Source of the DNA: Candidatus Polarisedimenticolia bacterium
Lineage (GTDB): Bacteria; Acidobacteriota; Polarisedimenticolia; JACPZX01; DASXTC01
NCBI GenBank assembly: GCA_050747525.1
Contig: JBOGOC010000060.1
Location: forward strand, 69,558-133,557
Length of the DNA: 64,000 nt
Direction of reading: 5' to 3'
Shown here: piece after piece, positions 27,283-36,047 of the stretch
How positions within the stretch are numbered: position 1 is the first letter of the stretch
Layout of the letters: every line of letters starts with the position of its first letter
Program-made: the position numbers and the translations under genes
The notes under the pieces: model-generated
What the model was told of the DNA's origin: nothing
Databases searched by the model: none
Seen by the model: the letters and a program-made list of their open reading frames with translations, nothing else

Positions 27283-28611
27283 CTACTCCTCGAACCTCCA
27301 GTGCTTGGTAAACCGCCCCGTCTCCGAGTCCCAGATCGCAGGAGCAGACTCCCTGTCAATGGTGAAAATCTCATCCGGAATGACTTGGTTGATCTCCACG
27401 ACATCAATGGTCCATCCAAGGTGCGCGAGGACGTTTCCAGCGTCGTCGTACACATGTTCTTCGATATGACGCGCAAATTCGCCGCCGCCCTGGTCCGCTG
27501 GCCGGTAGTCGGAAAAACGCGTCGTGCTCAGGACCCGCCCGCGGGTGAGCCGGTCAATGCTTTCCAGCTTTGTGCCTGCCCCGCCCCCCTGGAAGGCGAG
27601 GCGGTATACAAGGGGCAACCCATGCAATACCTGGCCGGGCACGAGCACGGTCTCCCCCGCCCGCTGGGCGGTCTCCTCGGAGTGCGCCCGGTCCAGCACG
27701 CGGCTCCACCGACGGGCGTTCCTGAGATCGCCGGGGGAGGTCAGGCAAGTCGGACACGAGTCGCTGTCGCGGGTGAGGAACATCGTCTCCAGGAAGAAGG
27801 GATTAGGCAGTGCGGCGGACACCATTCCAGGGTCTGTCCTCTGGATCGATAGCACTGAGTCAGAGGGACGAAAGAACTGGAACTCTTTGGAGTTCCATGC
27901 TGTCTGGCTATCGCCCTCGAGGCCAAGGGCGGGGTCGCTGGAACTGTTCACGCGGTACTTGTCCCCGGAGGCCCAGTACTCGAACTGACCGAGCCCTGCT
28001 ACATGCTCCTGATTAGCCCCCTCCTGCTCAGCCCCCAGGAACTTCACTACCCTGGCGGTAGCCTTGATGTGGACGGAGTCCAACCGGGAGAAGCGCGACT
28101 TCAAAGCAGTGAGTGCAGATCCCCCCTTGACTCGCAGTCTGCCGCTTCGGAGATGCTGGAACTCCTGCTCCCCCACCAATTCCTCTTTATCCCAACCCGC
28201 AGGGCGACCAGGTACGACGATCACCTGGTCTCGAAGCAGCTCATCCATCTTGACCTTCGCTGGCGGGCCGCTCAGCGCTTCGCAGGGCACGCCCATTCCG
28301 CAATCGCATTCTGAAATGGGTGTTCCCGCTTCGCATAGGTCGTTGCTGAGCTGGTTGCCACATGGACATCGGAAAACGAGCAAGCATGACTGCGTCCCAC
28401 ATGCGCTCTTGCCGAACCAGCCATCCGCGTCCTTCTTAGCGAAGGTGCTCAAGGGCCGCAGGCTCGTCGGGACGCCGACGCAGCTGCCGTCGGGCACCAG
28501 GCAGACGCCGACGTCGACCTTGCACCCACCGGCTTCGGCTGGCGATCCGCCGAGGACCATCGGCGTAAGCGCCAGCAGGCAAGTCAGATAACGAAGTACT
28601 GGTTTCATCAC
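27283..28611 (-). CDS. Secreted cysteine-rich hypothetical protein (possible partner/substrate of adjacent di-haem peroxidase)
   Basis: 442 aa; signal peptide MMKPVLRYLTCLLALTPMVLGGSPAEA; N-terminal 100 aa has ~14 Cys (GGCKVDVGVCLVPDGSCVG...CGTQSCLLVFRCPCGNQLSNDLCEAGTPISECDCGMGVPCE). 140 bp upstream of CCP gene on same strand. Confidence 0.5.
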   Translation of the reverse strand: MMKPVLRYLTCLLALTPMVLGGSPAEAGGCKVDVGVCLVPDGSCVGVPTSLRPLSTFAKKDADGWFGKSACGTQSCLLVFRCPCGNQLSNDLCEAGTPISECDCGMGVPCEALSGPPAKVKMDELLRDQVIVVPGRPAGWDKEELVGEQEFQHLRSGRLRVKGGSALTALKSRFSRLDSVHIKATARVVKFLGAEQEGANQEHVAGLGQFEYWASGDKYRVNSSSDPALGLEGDSQTAWNSKEFQFFRPSDSVLSIQRTDPGMVSAALPNPFFLETMFLTRDSDSCPTCLTSPGDLRNARRWSRVLDRAHSEETAQRAGETVLVPGQVLHGLPLVYRLAFQGGGAGTKLESIDRLTRGRVLSTTRFSDYRPADQGGGEFARHIEEHVYDDAGNVLAHLGWTIDVVEINQVIPDEIFTIDRESAPAIWDSETGRFTKHWRFEE

Positions 28612-28802
28612 TCATGCTCCTCCTCTGTAATGAAGGCTGCTGCTTCCCATCTCAGCGCCTTCGTTTGTTGAAACCGCACAGTGCAGGCGAGGCGACTCAC
28701 TCGTGACGCGCGAGAACCTCCATTCCAGGCCGATCTCCTGCTGCGCCGGCTGCGTGAGTGTCCGGCGAACACTGTGAAGAGGCTTGGATGTGGTGAGCGT
28801 CC

Positions 28803-29723
28803 ATGGAACAAAAGAAGCGCGCGCGCGCGGACGGAGTAATCCATCACGCCGCCGACGGTGTCCCTATCCACGTTCCTTCTCTCCGCGCCGGAGTGAAGAG
28901 CGTGAAGTCAACCAGGTACGTTCCCGTCACGATGGGTGCCTCGGCTTTCCTTCGTCGGGACCTGCCGGGTCTTCGAGTGGTGGAGTTGCGGTTCGCTCCC
29001 CATGTCCTGCTCCCCCCCCACGAGCACGATCGCGCCTCGTTCTTCGTCATGCTGGAAGGTGGCATCGAGATGTCGATGTCGAGTCGCACCTTCACGTGCC
29101 TGCCCACCGTGACGACGGTCGAGCCCCCGGGCGCCCGACACACGAACCAGATGTCCCCCCAGGGCGCGCGCCTTCTCGTCATCCAGCCCGATGTCATAGA
29201 GCGCCCGCTGCCGCTTGCCTGCGAGTCGCTGCTCGCCGCTCCATCCCAATTGAAGAGCTCCCGCCTGTTCCATCTCGCGTGGGCGCTCGCTCGCGAGCTG
29301 GAGTTCCCCGGGAAGGCGTCGGACCTCTACGTCGAAGGACTCGCCTGCGAGATGCTCGCGCACGCGGTCCGCCACAGGGCCAACGGCGCTACACGTCGCC
29401 GCCCCGCGTGGCTGGCGCGAGTGGAGGAGCTCCTGCGGGAGAAGTTCCTGGAAGGGGTGTCGCTCGGGGAGCTGGCGCGCGTGGCCGGTGTGCATCGGGT
29501 GCACTTGGTCCGGACGTTTCGCGAGCACAACAGCACGTCGCCGGGTGCGTACCAGCGGGAGCTGCGCCTGCAGTGGGCGAGCGATCGATTGGCCCATTCT
29601 GACGATCCGCTCGGCTTGATCGCGCACGAGGCCGGCTTTACCGACCAGAGCCACTTCTGCCGAATGTTCCGGCGCTTCACGGGTCTCACCCCAAGCCGAT
29701 TCCGCCAGAACAGACGGCGCTGA
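28803..29723 (+). CDS. AraC-family transcriptional regulator (cupin sensor + HTH_AraC)
   Basis: C-terminal ...LGELARVAGVHRVHLVRTFREHNSTSPGAYQRELRLQWASDRLAHSDDPLGLIAHEAGFTDQSHFCRMFRRFTGLTPSRFRQ is a canonical AraC HTH pair. Confidence 0.7.
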   Translation: MEQKKRARADGVIHHAADGVPIHVPSLRAGVKSVKSTRYVPVTMGASAFLRRDLPGLRVVELRFAPHVLLPPHEHDRASFFVMLEGGIEMSMSSRTFTCLPTVTTVEPPGARHTNQMSPQGARLLVIQPDVIERPLPLACESLLAAPSQLKSSRLFHLAWALARELEFPGKASDLYVEGLACEMLAHAVRHRANGATRRRPAWLARVEELLREKFLEGVSLGELARVAGVHRVHLVRTFREHNSTSPGAYQRELRLQWASDRLAHSDDPLGLIAHEAGFTDQSHFCRMFRRFTGLTPSRFRQNRRR

Positions 29724-29829
29724 ACCCACCGTCGCTCGGACCCACCCGAGGGTTCGTCCTGGCAGTCAGGACTCTAGAGAAGCGGGACTTCGACGTCATC
29801 GCCGAGGCGATGCCGTGGGGACGCGGGCG

Positions 29830-30235
29830 GATCTCACCTGAAGGGCGGTTTCATTATCGTTGCGTTGGCCACTTAACATCCGGAGAGCAGTTCCCACCGC
29901 TGTTAAGTGGCTTGCTTAACAGCCGGAGAGAGTCGGGAGAGTTTCGGAAGAGGCGGCGTTCTGGGGCACACTGGGCTAGGCCATCCGCTTAACACCGAGA
30001 GAGTCGCTCTCCCGACCCGCTCGATCCGCGAGAACGTCCGCACCACGCGCCAAAACACGAGAACCCTGACCGCTCTCGCGATCAGGCCTCATGTATCGTC
30101 AGCACCACCTCGTGGGGCGAAAGGAACTGCTCCCCAGCCACCGGAACGTTCAGTTGCCCTTACGCTTCTTCGAACTCGTCAGCCCCACCTCGTGGGGCGG
30201 AAGGAACTGGCTCCTCAGGAGAGGATTCGCACCTG
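29830..30235. repeat. Structured intergenic repeat region between convergent genes: 11-bp-stem hairpin, 3x cttaacaNccggagag sub-repeats, 2x ~31-bp ctcgtggggcgRaaggaactg direct repeats
   Basis: Hairpin gccacttaaca-(22 nt)-tgttaagtggc at ~29862-29905. cttaaca[tgc]c[cg]gagag at ~29871, ~29915, ~29986. accacctcgtggggcgaaaggaactgctcc (~30098) and cccacctcgtggggcggaaggaactggctcc (~30178). Related copy at 25.5-25.66 kb. Confidence 0.45.
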
Positions 30236-30256
30236 CAACCCTCCGGTCAACACGGC

Positions 30257-31843
30257 TCATCTCTTCAGATCCTTAAAGATCTCCCGCGCCGCGTTCGCTC
30301 CCGACTGGCCGGGGACGCCGCCGCCGGGGTGGGTGCCGGCGCCGCAGAGGTAGAGGCCGGCGATCGGCGTGCGGTGCTGCGACCAGCCGAGCAGCGGGCG
30401 CATGGTGAAGAGCTGATCGAGCGACATCTCGCCGTGCAGGATGTGTCCGCCGGTCAGGCCGCACACCGCTTCCAGGTCGGCGGGGGTGATCACCTGCCGC
30501 GCCACGATCAGGGAACCCAGGTTGGGCGCGTACTCCGACAGAGTCTTCTCCACCGCGCCGGCCAGCGCCGCCCCCTGCGCGGCCCAGTCAGTCCCGCGCA
30601 GGCGGTACGGGGCGAACTGGACGTGCACCGACATCACGTGCGCCCCCGAGGGCGCCAGTGACGGATCGGCGATGGTGGGGAGGGTGACGTCCAGCCAGGG
30701 GCTCTCCGAAAAGCCTCCGTACTTGGAGGCGTCGAAGGCTCGCTCCAGGTAGTCGATCCCGGGCCCGATGTGGATGCGCCCCGCCAGAGCGCGCGCGCCG
30801 TCCGCAGGCAGGCCGGCGAAGTCTGGAAGGCCGGCCAGGGCATAGTTCAACTTGGCGGCGGTCCCCGCGCAGCGATAGTTCCTGATCTTGTGGGCGAAGT
30901 CGGGCTCCAGGTCGGCGGGATCGATCATGCCCAGGAACGTGGAGCGAGGATCCGCGCTCGAGATCACCGCGTCGACGGCGATCTCATCGCCCGAATCGAG
31001 CACAATGGTGCTCACGCGTCCCCCCTTGGTCACGATCCGGGCCACGCGGGCTCCGGTGCGGATCTCGGCTCCGGCCTGACGCGCGGCGTCCGCGAGAGAA
31101 CGGGTCAGTGCGCCGGGACCACCTTTATATGTGGCGGAAGGCCAGATGGCCTGGCCATCGGTGGCGGCCTGGAAGAGAAGAGGCAGGCTGGTCCCCGCCG
31201 ACCAGGGGCCCGCGGCGGCGCCATGGATGCCGCGCGCCGCCACCACTGCGCGCAGCAGGTCCGACTCGAACCACTCCGCCGCCAGATCGGCCACCGCCAT
31301 AGGCCCCCACCGCAGCAGGCGGTAGCCATTCTTGCGGCCCAGGCTGCGGAACCCCTTCCCCAGCTTCAGCAGGCGCCACGTCTCCGGGAGCGTGGGGGCA
31401 TCCACGGAGGGGGGCGTCATCGAGAGGATCGGCCGCAGGAAGCGCCCGATCCGATCGAAGCAGGCGGCGAACTCCGCGTAGCGCGCGGCATCGGCCGGCC
31501 ATGCGCGCGCCAGCTCGGCCGCCGTGCGGGCGGGATCGTCGTACAGCGTGACCGGAGGGCCGCCGCCGGGCGACAGGGCCAGCACGCGCACGTCGGGTCT
31601 GAGCGCCTCGAGGCCGTGCCGCACGAGGCCCAGGTCCTGGGCGAGCGCGGGCGCGAGGGTCGAGCCGTGAGAGAGGATGGGGGCCTGGAACCCCGGGTGC
31701 ACCTCCTCGGTGACCGAGCACCCGCCCACGAGCGAGCGCTTCTCCACCACCAGAGGCTTCATCCCGGCGCGCGCCATCGCGCAGGCGGTGACCAGCCCGT
31801 TGATCCCCGCGCCGATGATGACGGGGCCGCGCGCAGCGGTCAT
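30257..31843 (-). CDS. Phytoene-desaturase-family FAD-dependent oxidoreductase (CrtI/CrtD-like) paralog 1
   Basis: Start ATG (complement 31841-31843): MTAARGPVIIGAGINGLVTACAMARAGMKPLVVEKRSLVGG (GxGxxG Rossmann). C-terminal ...LYLCGAGTHPGGGVPGQSGANAA typical of CrtI family. ORF-track entry 30257..32872 is an over-extension. Confidence 0.7.
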   Translation of the reverse strand: MTAARGPVIIGAGINGLVTACAMARAGMKPLVVEKRSLVGGCSVTEEVHPGFQAPILSHGSTLAPALAQDLGLVRHGLEALRPDVRVLALSPGGGPPVTLYDDPARTAAELARAWPADAARYAEFAACFDRIGRFLRPILSMTPPSVDAPTLPETWRLLKLGKGFRSLGRKNGYRLLRWGPMAVADLAAEWFESDLLRAVVAARGIHGAAAGPWSAGTSLPLLFQAATDGQAIWPSATYKGGPGALTRSLADAARQAGAEIRTGARVARIVTKGGRVSTIVLDSGDEIAVDAVISSADPRSTFLGMIDPADLEPDFAHKIRNYRCAGTAAKLNYALAGLPDFAGLPADGARALAGRIHIGPGIDYLERAFDASKYGGFSESPWLDVTLPTIADPSLAPSGAHVMSVHVQFAPYRLRGTDWAAQGAALAGAVEKTLSEYAPNLGSLIVARQVITPADLEAVCGLTGGHILHGEMSLDQLFTMRPLLGWSQHRTPIAGLYLCGAGTHPGGGVPGQSGANAAREIFKDLKR

Positions 31844-33447
31844 GCCGTGTGCCGCCTGCGCCGCGCGTCGGCCAGAACTCGATGCGCGGCGTTGCGACCC
31901 GGCGCGCCCATGATGCCACCGCCCGGATGCGTGGCCGAGCCGCTCATGTAGAGGCCGCGGATGGGCGTGCGGTACTGTGCCCATCCGGGAGCGGGGCGCA
32001 GGAAGAAGAGCTGCTCGAGGCTCAGCTCCCCCTGGAAGATGTTCCCTTCGCTCAGACCGAACTCGCGCTCCAGGTCGAGGGGCGTGAGCACTTGGCGATG
32101 GAGGATCCGATCCTTGATGTTGGGAGCGTGCTCGGCGATGGTGTCGATCACCGTGTCGCCGAACGCCTCGCGCTGCGCGTCCCAGTTGCCTTCCTTCAGA
32201 TGATAGGGGGCGTACTGCACGAAGCAGGACATGACGTGCTTGCCGGGGGGCGCCACCGACGGGTCGGTCAGGCTGGGGATCACGATGTCCATGTAGGGGC
32301 GGCGCGAGTAGCGGCCGTACTTGGCGTCGTCGTAGGCGCGCTCCATGTAGTCCACCGACGGCGAGATGGAGATGGCGCCGCGCAGGTGACGGCCCGGCCC
32401 CGGCAGCGCGCGGAAGTCGGGAAGCCCGTCGAGCGCCAGGTTCACCTTCCCCGACGATCCGCGGAACTTGTAGCGCTGGATCTCCTCCACGAACTCGCCG
32501 TCCAGGTGCTCGCGCCCCACCAGCTTCATGAACGTGAGGCGCGGGTCGACGCTGGACGAGACGATGGGCGCGCGGATCTCGTCGCCGTTCTCGAGCACCA
32601 CGCCGGCGGCGCGGTCGCCCGTCACCAGGATCTTCGCCGCGGGCGCGCTGGCGCGGATCTCCACCCCCGCCTCGCGGGCCGCGGCGGCGATGGCGTTGGA
32701 GATGGCGCCTGTCCCTCCGCGCGCGAACCCCCACGACCGGAAGGCGCCGTCGATCTCTCCCATGTAGTGATGCAGCAGCACGTACGCGGTTCCGGGAGAG
32801 CGCACGCCCAGGAAGGTGCCGATGATCCCCGAGGCGGACATGGTGGCCTTGAGCACGTCGGTCTCGAACCACTGGTCCAGGAAGTCGACGGCGCTCATGG
32901 TCATGAGCTGCACCTGGTTGTACTTGTCCTGGTAGGGAAGCTTCTGGAAGCGACGCAGCAGGAACAGCAGGTCCTTCATCCCCTGGTAGCCGAGCCGGGC
33001 CGGATCGGGGGGCGTCATCCCCAGGATCGGCTTGACGAAGCGGGCCATCTCCACCATGGCTTTCGCGTACTCGTCGTAGGCTTCGGCGTCCACCCGGGAA
33101 TGGCGCGCGATCTCACGGCGTGTCTGGCCGTGATCGTTGGTGCGCCACAGGTGGTTGCCATCCAGCATCGGGGTGAAAGTGCCGTCGAGCGGCAGGATCT
33201 CCAGCCCGTGACGCGGCAGGTCCAGCTCGCGGATGATCTCCGGCCGCAGCAGGGAGACCACGTAGGAGCACACCGAGAATGTGAACCCCGGGAAGACTTC
33301 CTCGGTGACGGCGGCGCCCCCCAGCACGTGGCGGCGCTCCAGCACCAGCACCTTCATGCCGGCCAGCGCCAGGTAGGCCGCGTGCGTCAGGCCGTTGTGG
33401 CCTCCGCCGATCACGATCGCGTCGTAGGACGTAGCCATCCCTGTCAT
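31840..33447 (-). CDS. Phytoene-desaturase-family FAD-dependent oxidoreductase paralog 2
   Basis: MTGMATSYDAIVIGGGHNGLTHAAYLALAGMKVLVLERRHVLGG...; C-terminal ...LYMSGSATHPGGGIMGAPGRNAA. ATGA overlap with paralog 1. Confidence 0.7.
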   Translation of the reverse strand: MTGMATSYDAIVIGGGHNGLTHAAYLALAGMKVLVLERRHVLGGAAVTEEVFPGFTFSVCSYVVSLLRPEIIRELDLPRHGLEILPLDGTFTPMLDGNHLWRTNDHGQTRREIARHSRVDAEAYDEYAKAMVEMARFVKPILGMTPPDPARLGYQGMKDLLFLLRRFQKLPYQDKYNQVQLMTMSAVDFLDQWFETDVLKATMSASGIIGTFLGVRSPGTAYVLLHHYMGEIDGAFRSWGFARGGTGAISNAIAAAAREAGVEIRASAPAAKILVTGDRAAGVVLENGDEIRAPIVSSSVDPRLTFMKLVGREHLDGEFVEEIQRYKFRGSSGKVNLALDGLPDFRALPGPGRHLRGAISISPSVDYMERAYDDAKYGRYSRRPYMDIVIPSLTDPSVAPPGKHVMSCFVQYAPYHLKEGNWDAQREAFGDTVIDTIAEHAPNIKDRILHRQVLTPLDLEREFGLSEGNIFQGELSLEQLFFLRPAPGWAQYRTPIRGLYMSGSATHPGGGIMGAPGRNAAHRVLADARRRRHTA

Positions 33448-33495
33448 CCTGCCGTGTGTGGGGGCGGTTGCTGGAATCGCCGTAGTCTATTTATA

Positions 33496-34737
33496 ATGTC
33501 GCCCTTCGACAACCCATCTCACGAGGCCCGCTTGCCCATCGGCACCGCGCTGCACGAGAAGACCTTCGCCCTCTGCGAGAGCCTCAGCTATCGCGAATGG
33601 GCCGGATACTACGCGGTCAGCTCGTACGAGGTCCATCACGAGCACGAGTACAACGCCATCCGCAACGCGGCGGCCGTCATCGACATAACCCCGCTCTACA
33701 AGTACCGTCTGACCGGCCGGGACGCCACGCGCCTTGTGGACCGGGTGATCACCCGGGACATGCGCAAGGTGTCGGTGGGGCAGGTGCTCTACACGCCGTG
33801 GTGCGACGAGCATGGCAAGGTGATCGACGACGGCACGGTGTCGCGCCTGGCCGAGAACACCTACCGCTGGACCGCCGCGGACCCCAACCTGCGCTGGCTC
33901 ACGCAGAACGCGGCCGGGCTGGAGGTCCGCATTGAGGACATCTCCGAGCAGGTGGCGGCACTCGCGCTGCAGGGGCCCACGTCGGCGGCCATCCTGCGCG
34001 CCGCGGCCGAGGCCGACCTTTCCACTCTGAAGTATTTCCGCGTCACCAGCGGCACCATCGCCGGCGTGGCCGTGGACATCTCACGCACCGGATACACCGG
34101 CGACCTGGGGTACGAGATCTGGATCCCGTGGAGCGACGCGCCCCGCGTCTGGGATGCCCTCATGCAGGCGGGCCGCCCGTTCGACATCCGCCCGGCCGGC
34201 ATGCTGGCGCTCGACGTGGCGCGCGCGGAGGCGGGGTTGCTGCTGATCGACGTGGACTTCTTCGGCAGCAAGAAGGCCATCATCCCGTCGCAGACCTACA
34301 CCCCGTTCGAGATGGGCCTGTCGCGCCTGGTGAACCTCGACAAGGAACGTTTCGTGGGGCGGGCGGCGTTGGTGGAGGAGAGCCGCCGAGGTCCCGCGCG
34401 CGAGATCGTGGGGCTGGAGCTGAGCTGGGACGAGATCGAGCAGCTCTATGACCGGCGCGGGCTGGCGCCGCAGATCCCGGCGGCGGCCTCGCGCGTGGCG
34501 GTCCCCGTCTACAAGGACGGGCGCCAGGTGGGCAAGGCCACCACCACGGCCTGGTCCCCCACCCTCAAGAAGCTGGTCGCGCTGGCCACCATCGATCGCC
34601 CTCACAACAAGGTCGGGACGTCGCTGGCGATGGAGATGACGGTGGAGGCGGCGCGCCATCAGGTGGCGGCGCGCGTGGTGAAGATGCCGTTCTTCAACCC
34701 GCCGCGCAAGACGGCCACCCCTCCCCGCACGGCATGA
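33496..34737 (+). CDS. Aminomethyltransferase-family protein (GcvT/LigM-like, probable THF-dependent demethylase)
   Basis: MSPFDNPSHEARLPIGTALHEKTFALCESLSYREWAGYYAVSSYEVHHEHEYNAIRNAAAVIDITPLYKYRLTGRDATRL... matches GcvT N-terminal fold; ...GYTGDLGYEIWIPW... conserved GcvT motif. Confidence 0.65.
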   Translation: MSPFDNPSHEARLPIGTALHEKTFALCESLSYREWAGYYAVSSYEVHHEHEYNAIRNAAAVIDITPLYKYRLTGRDATRLVDRVITRDMRKVSVGQVLYTPWCDEHGKVIDDGTVSRLAENTYRWTAADPNLRWLTQNAAGLEVRIEDISEQVAALALQGPTSAAILRAAAEADLSTLKYFRVTSGTIAGVAVDISRTGYTGDLGYEIWIPWSDAPRVWDALMQAGRPFDIRPAGMLALDVARAEAGLLLIDVDFFGSKKAIIPSQTYTPFEMGLSRLVNLDKERFVGRAALVEESRRGPAREIVGLELSWDEIEQLYDRRGLAPQIPAAASRVAVPVYKDGRQVGKATTTAWSPTLKKLVALATIDRPHNKVGTSLAMEMTVEAARHQVAARVVKMPFFNPPRKTATPPRTA

Positions 34738-35879
34738 AGAGCCTGCGCGAGGTCCTCGACGCGTACGACCCGAAGGCCTCGCTCGAGCGGGCCTTCACCA
34801 TCCCGGCTTCGTGGTACGTGGACCCGCGCGTGGCCGACCTGGAGGCGAAGGGCGTCTTCGGCGGAACGTGGCAGATGGTAGGCCGCGCCGATCAGGTGGC
34901 CTCCGCGGGGGACTACGTGACCGCCACCCTGGCCGGTGAGCCGGTGGTGGTGGTGCGCGGAGACGACGGCGAGCTGCGCGGGTTCTTCAACGTGTGCCGC
35001 CACCATGCCGCCGCGGTGATGACGGAGCCGGCCGGCCGGGCCAGGAGCCTGCGCTGCCCGTATCACGGCTGGACCTACGGGCTCGACGGCGCGCTCAAGG
35101 TGACCCCCGACTTCACCGGCGTGTGCGACTTCGATCGCGCGCGCAACGGCTTGGTCCCGCTGGCCGCCGGCATCTGGGAGAACTGGGTGTTCGTGCGGCT
35201 GTCGCAGGACGGTCCGTCCCTCGAGGAGTTCGTGGGAGCCGATCTCATCGCGCAGATCGGGCCGCTGGGGCTCTCGGGGCTCCACTGGATGGAGCGGCGC
35301 CACTACGCCTTCGAGTGCAACTGGAAGGTGTTCGTCGACAACTACCTCGACGGCGGATACCACGTCCCCTACCTGCACAAGGGCCTGGACAGCGTGCTGG
35401 ACTACGGGCGGTACGCGATCGAGAACGGCGAGCGCCACTGCCTGCAGCACAGCCCCATTGTGAAGGAGGGCGCCGAGGCGCAGACCGGCGCGGTGCGCGG
35501 GGGGGACCGCGCGCTCTACTACTGGGTCTATCCCAACTTCATGATCAACTGGTACGAAGGGGTGATGGACACCAACCTCGTGCTGCCGCGCGGCGTGGAC
35601 AGGACCGAGGTCATCTTCGACTTCTGGTTCCCCGACGTCACGTCCGAGCAGGCGCGCGCCCGCAACAAGGCCAGCATCGAGGTGGGGCAGCGCATCCAGG
35701 ACGAGGACACCGCCATCTGCATGCAGGTGCAGCGCGGGCTCGCCTCGCGCGCGTATCAGGCGGGGCGGCTGTCGGTGCGGCGGGAAGCGGGGGAGCACCT
35801 GTTCCACCGCCTCCTGCACGCGGACCTGAGCAGGACGCTTGGGGGCGAAGGATCCTTCTCACCACCACCCTCTCACTAG
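34734..35879 (+). CDS. Rieske [2Fe-2S] non-haem iron oxygenase alpha subunit
   Basis: CRHHAA...(17 aa)...CPYHGW Rieske motif; downstream catalytic domain with conserved His/Asp. Overlaps upstream gene by 4 nt (ATGA). Confidence 0.75.
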   Translation: MKSLREVLDAYDPKASLERAFTIPASWYVDPRVADLEAKGVFGGTWQMVGRADQVASAGDYVTATLAGEPVVVVRGDDGELRGFFNVCRHHAAAVMTEPAGRARSLRCPYHGWTYGLDGALKVTPDFTGVCDFDRARNGLVPLAAGIWENWVFVRLSQDGPSLEEFVGADLIAQIGPLGLSGLHWMERRHYAFECNWKVFVDNYLDGGYHVPYLHKGLDSVLDYGRYAIENGERHCLQHSPIVKEGAEAQTGAVRGGDRALYYWVYPNFMINWYEGVMDTNLVLPRGVDRTEVIFDFWFPDVTSEQARARNKASIEVGQRIQDEDTAICMQVQRGLASRAYQAGRLSVRREAGEHLFHRLLHADLSRTLGGEGSFSPPPSH

Positions 35880-36047
35880 CGGCAAAGCCTTCATCGCCCC
35901 TGGGGGGTTCCTTCCCGAACTCCGCGTCAGAGCCCGACGGAGAGGGGGGGAGCCCCCCTTGACGCTCCTTCCGCCGGGCCATAGATTCCGCCTGTCTCTC
36001 GGTGTGTGCTCTCGGGCAGCCCTGCCCGCGGAAAGGCGGCACGGCGC

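Noticed and set aside
30098-30210. Possible CRISPR array
   Set aside because: Only two imperfect 31-bp repeats with a 50-bp spacer and no cas genes; better explained as part of the dispersed repeat element.
30257-32872. 871-aa minus-strand ORF
   Set aside because: Over-extended: the real gene begins at ATG 31843 (Rossmann GxGxxG directly after start). Upstream 340 codons are antisense-frame read-through across the second CrtI-like gene.
31849-34737. 962-aa plus-strand ORF
   Set aside because: Over-extended through the antisense of the CrtI-like paralogue. The real aminomethyltransferase-family gene starts at 33496.
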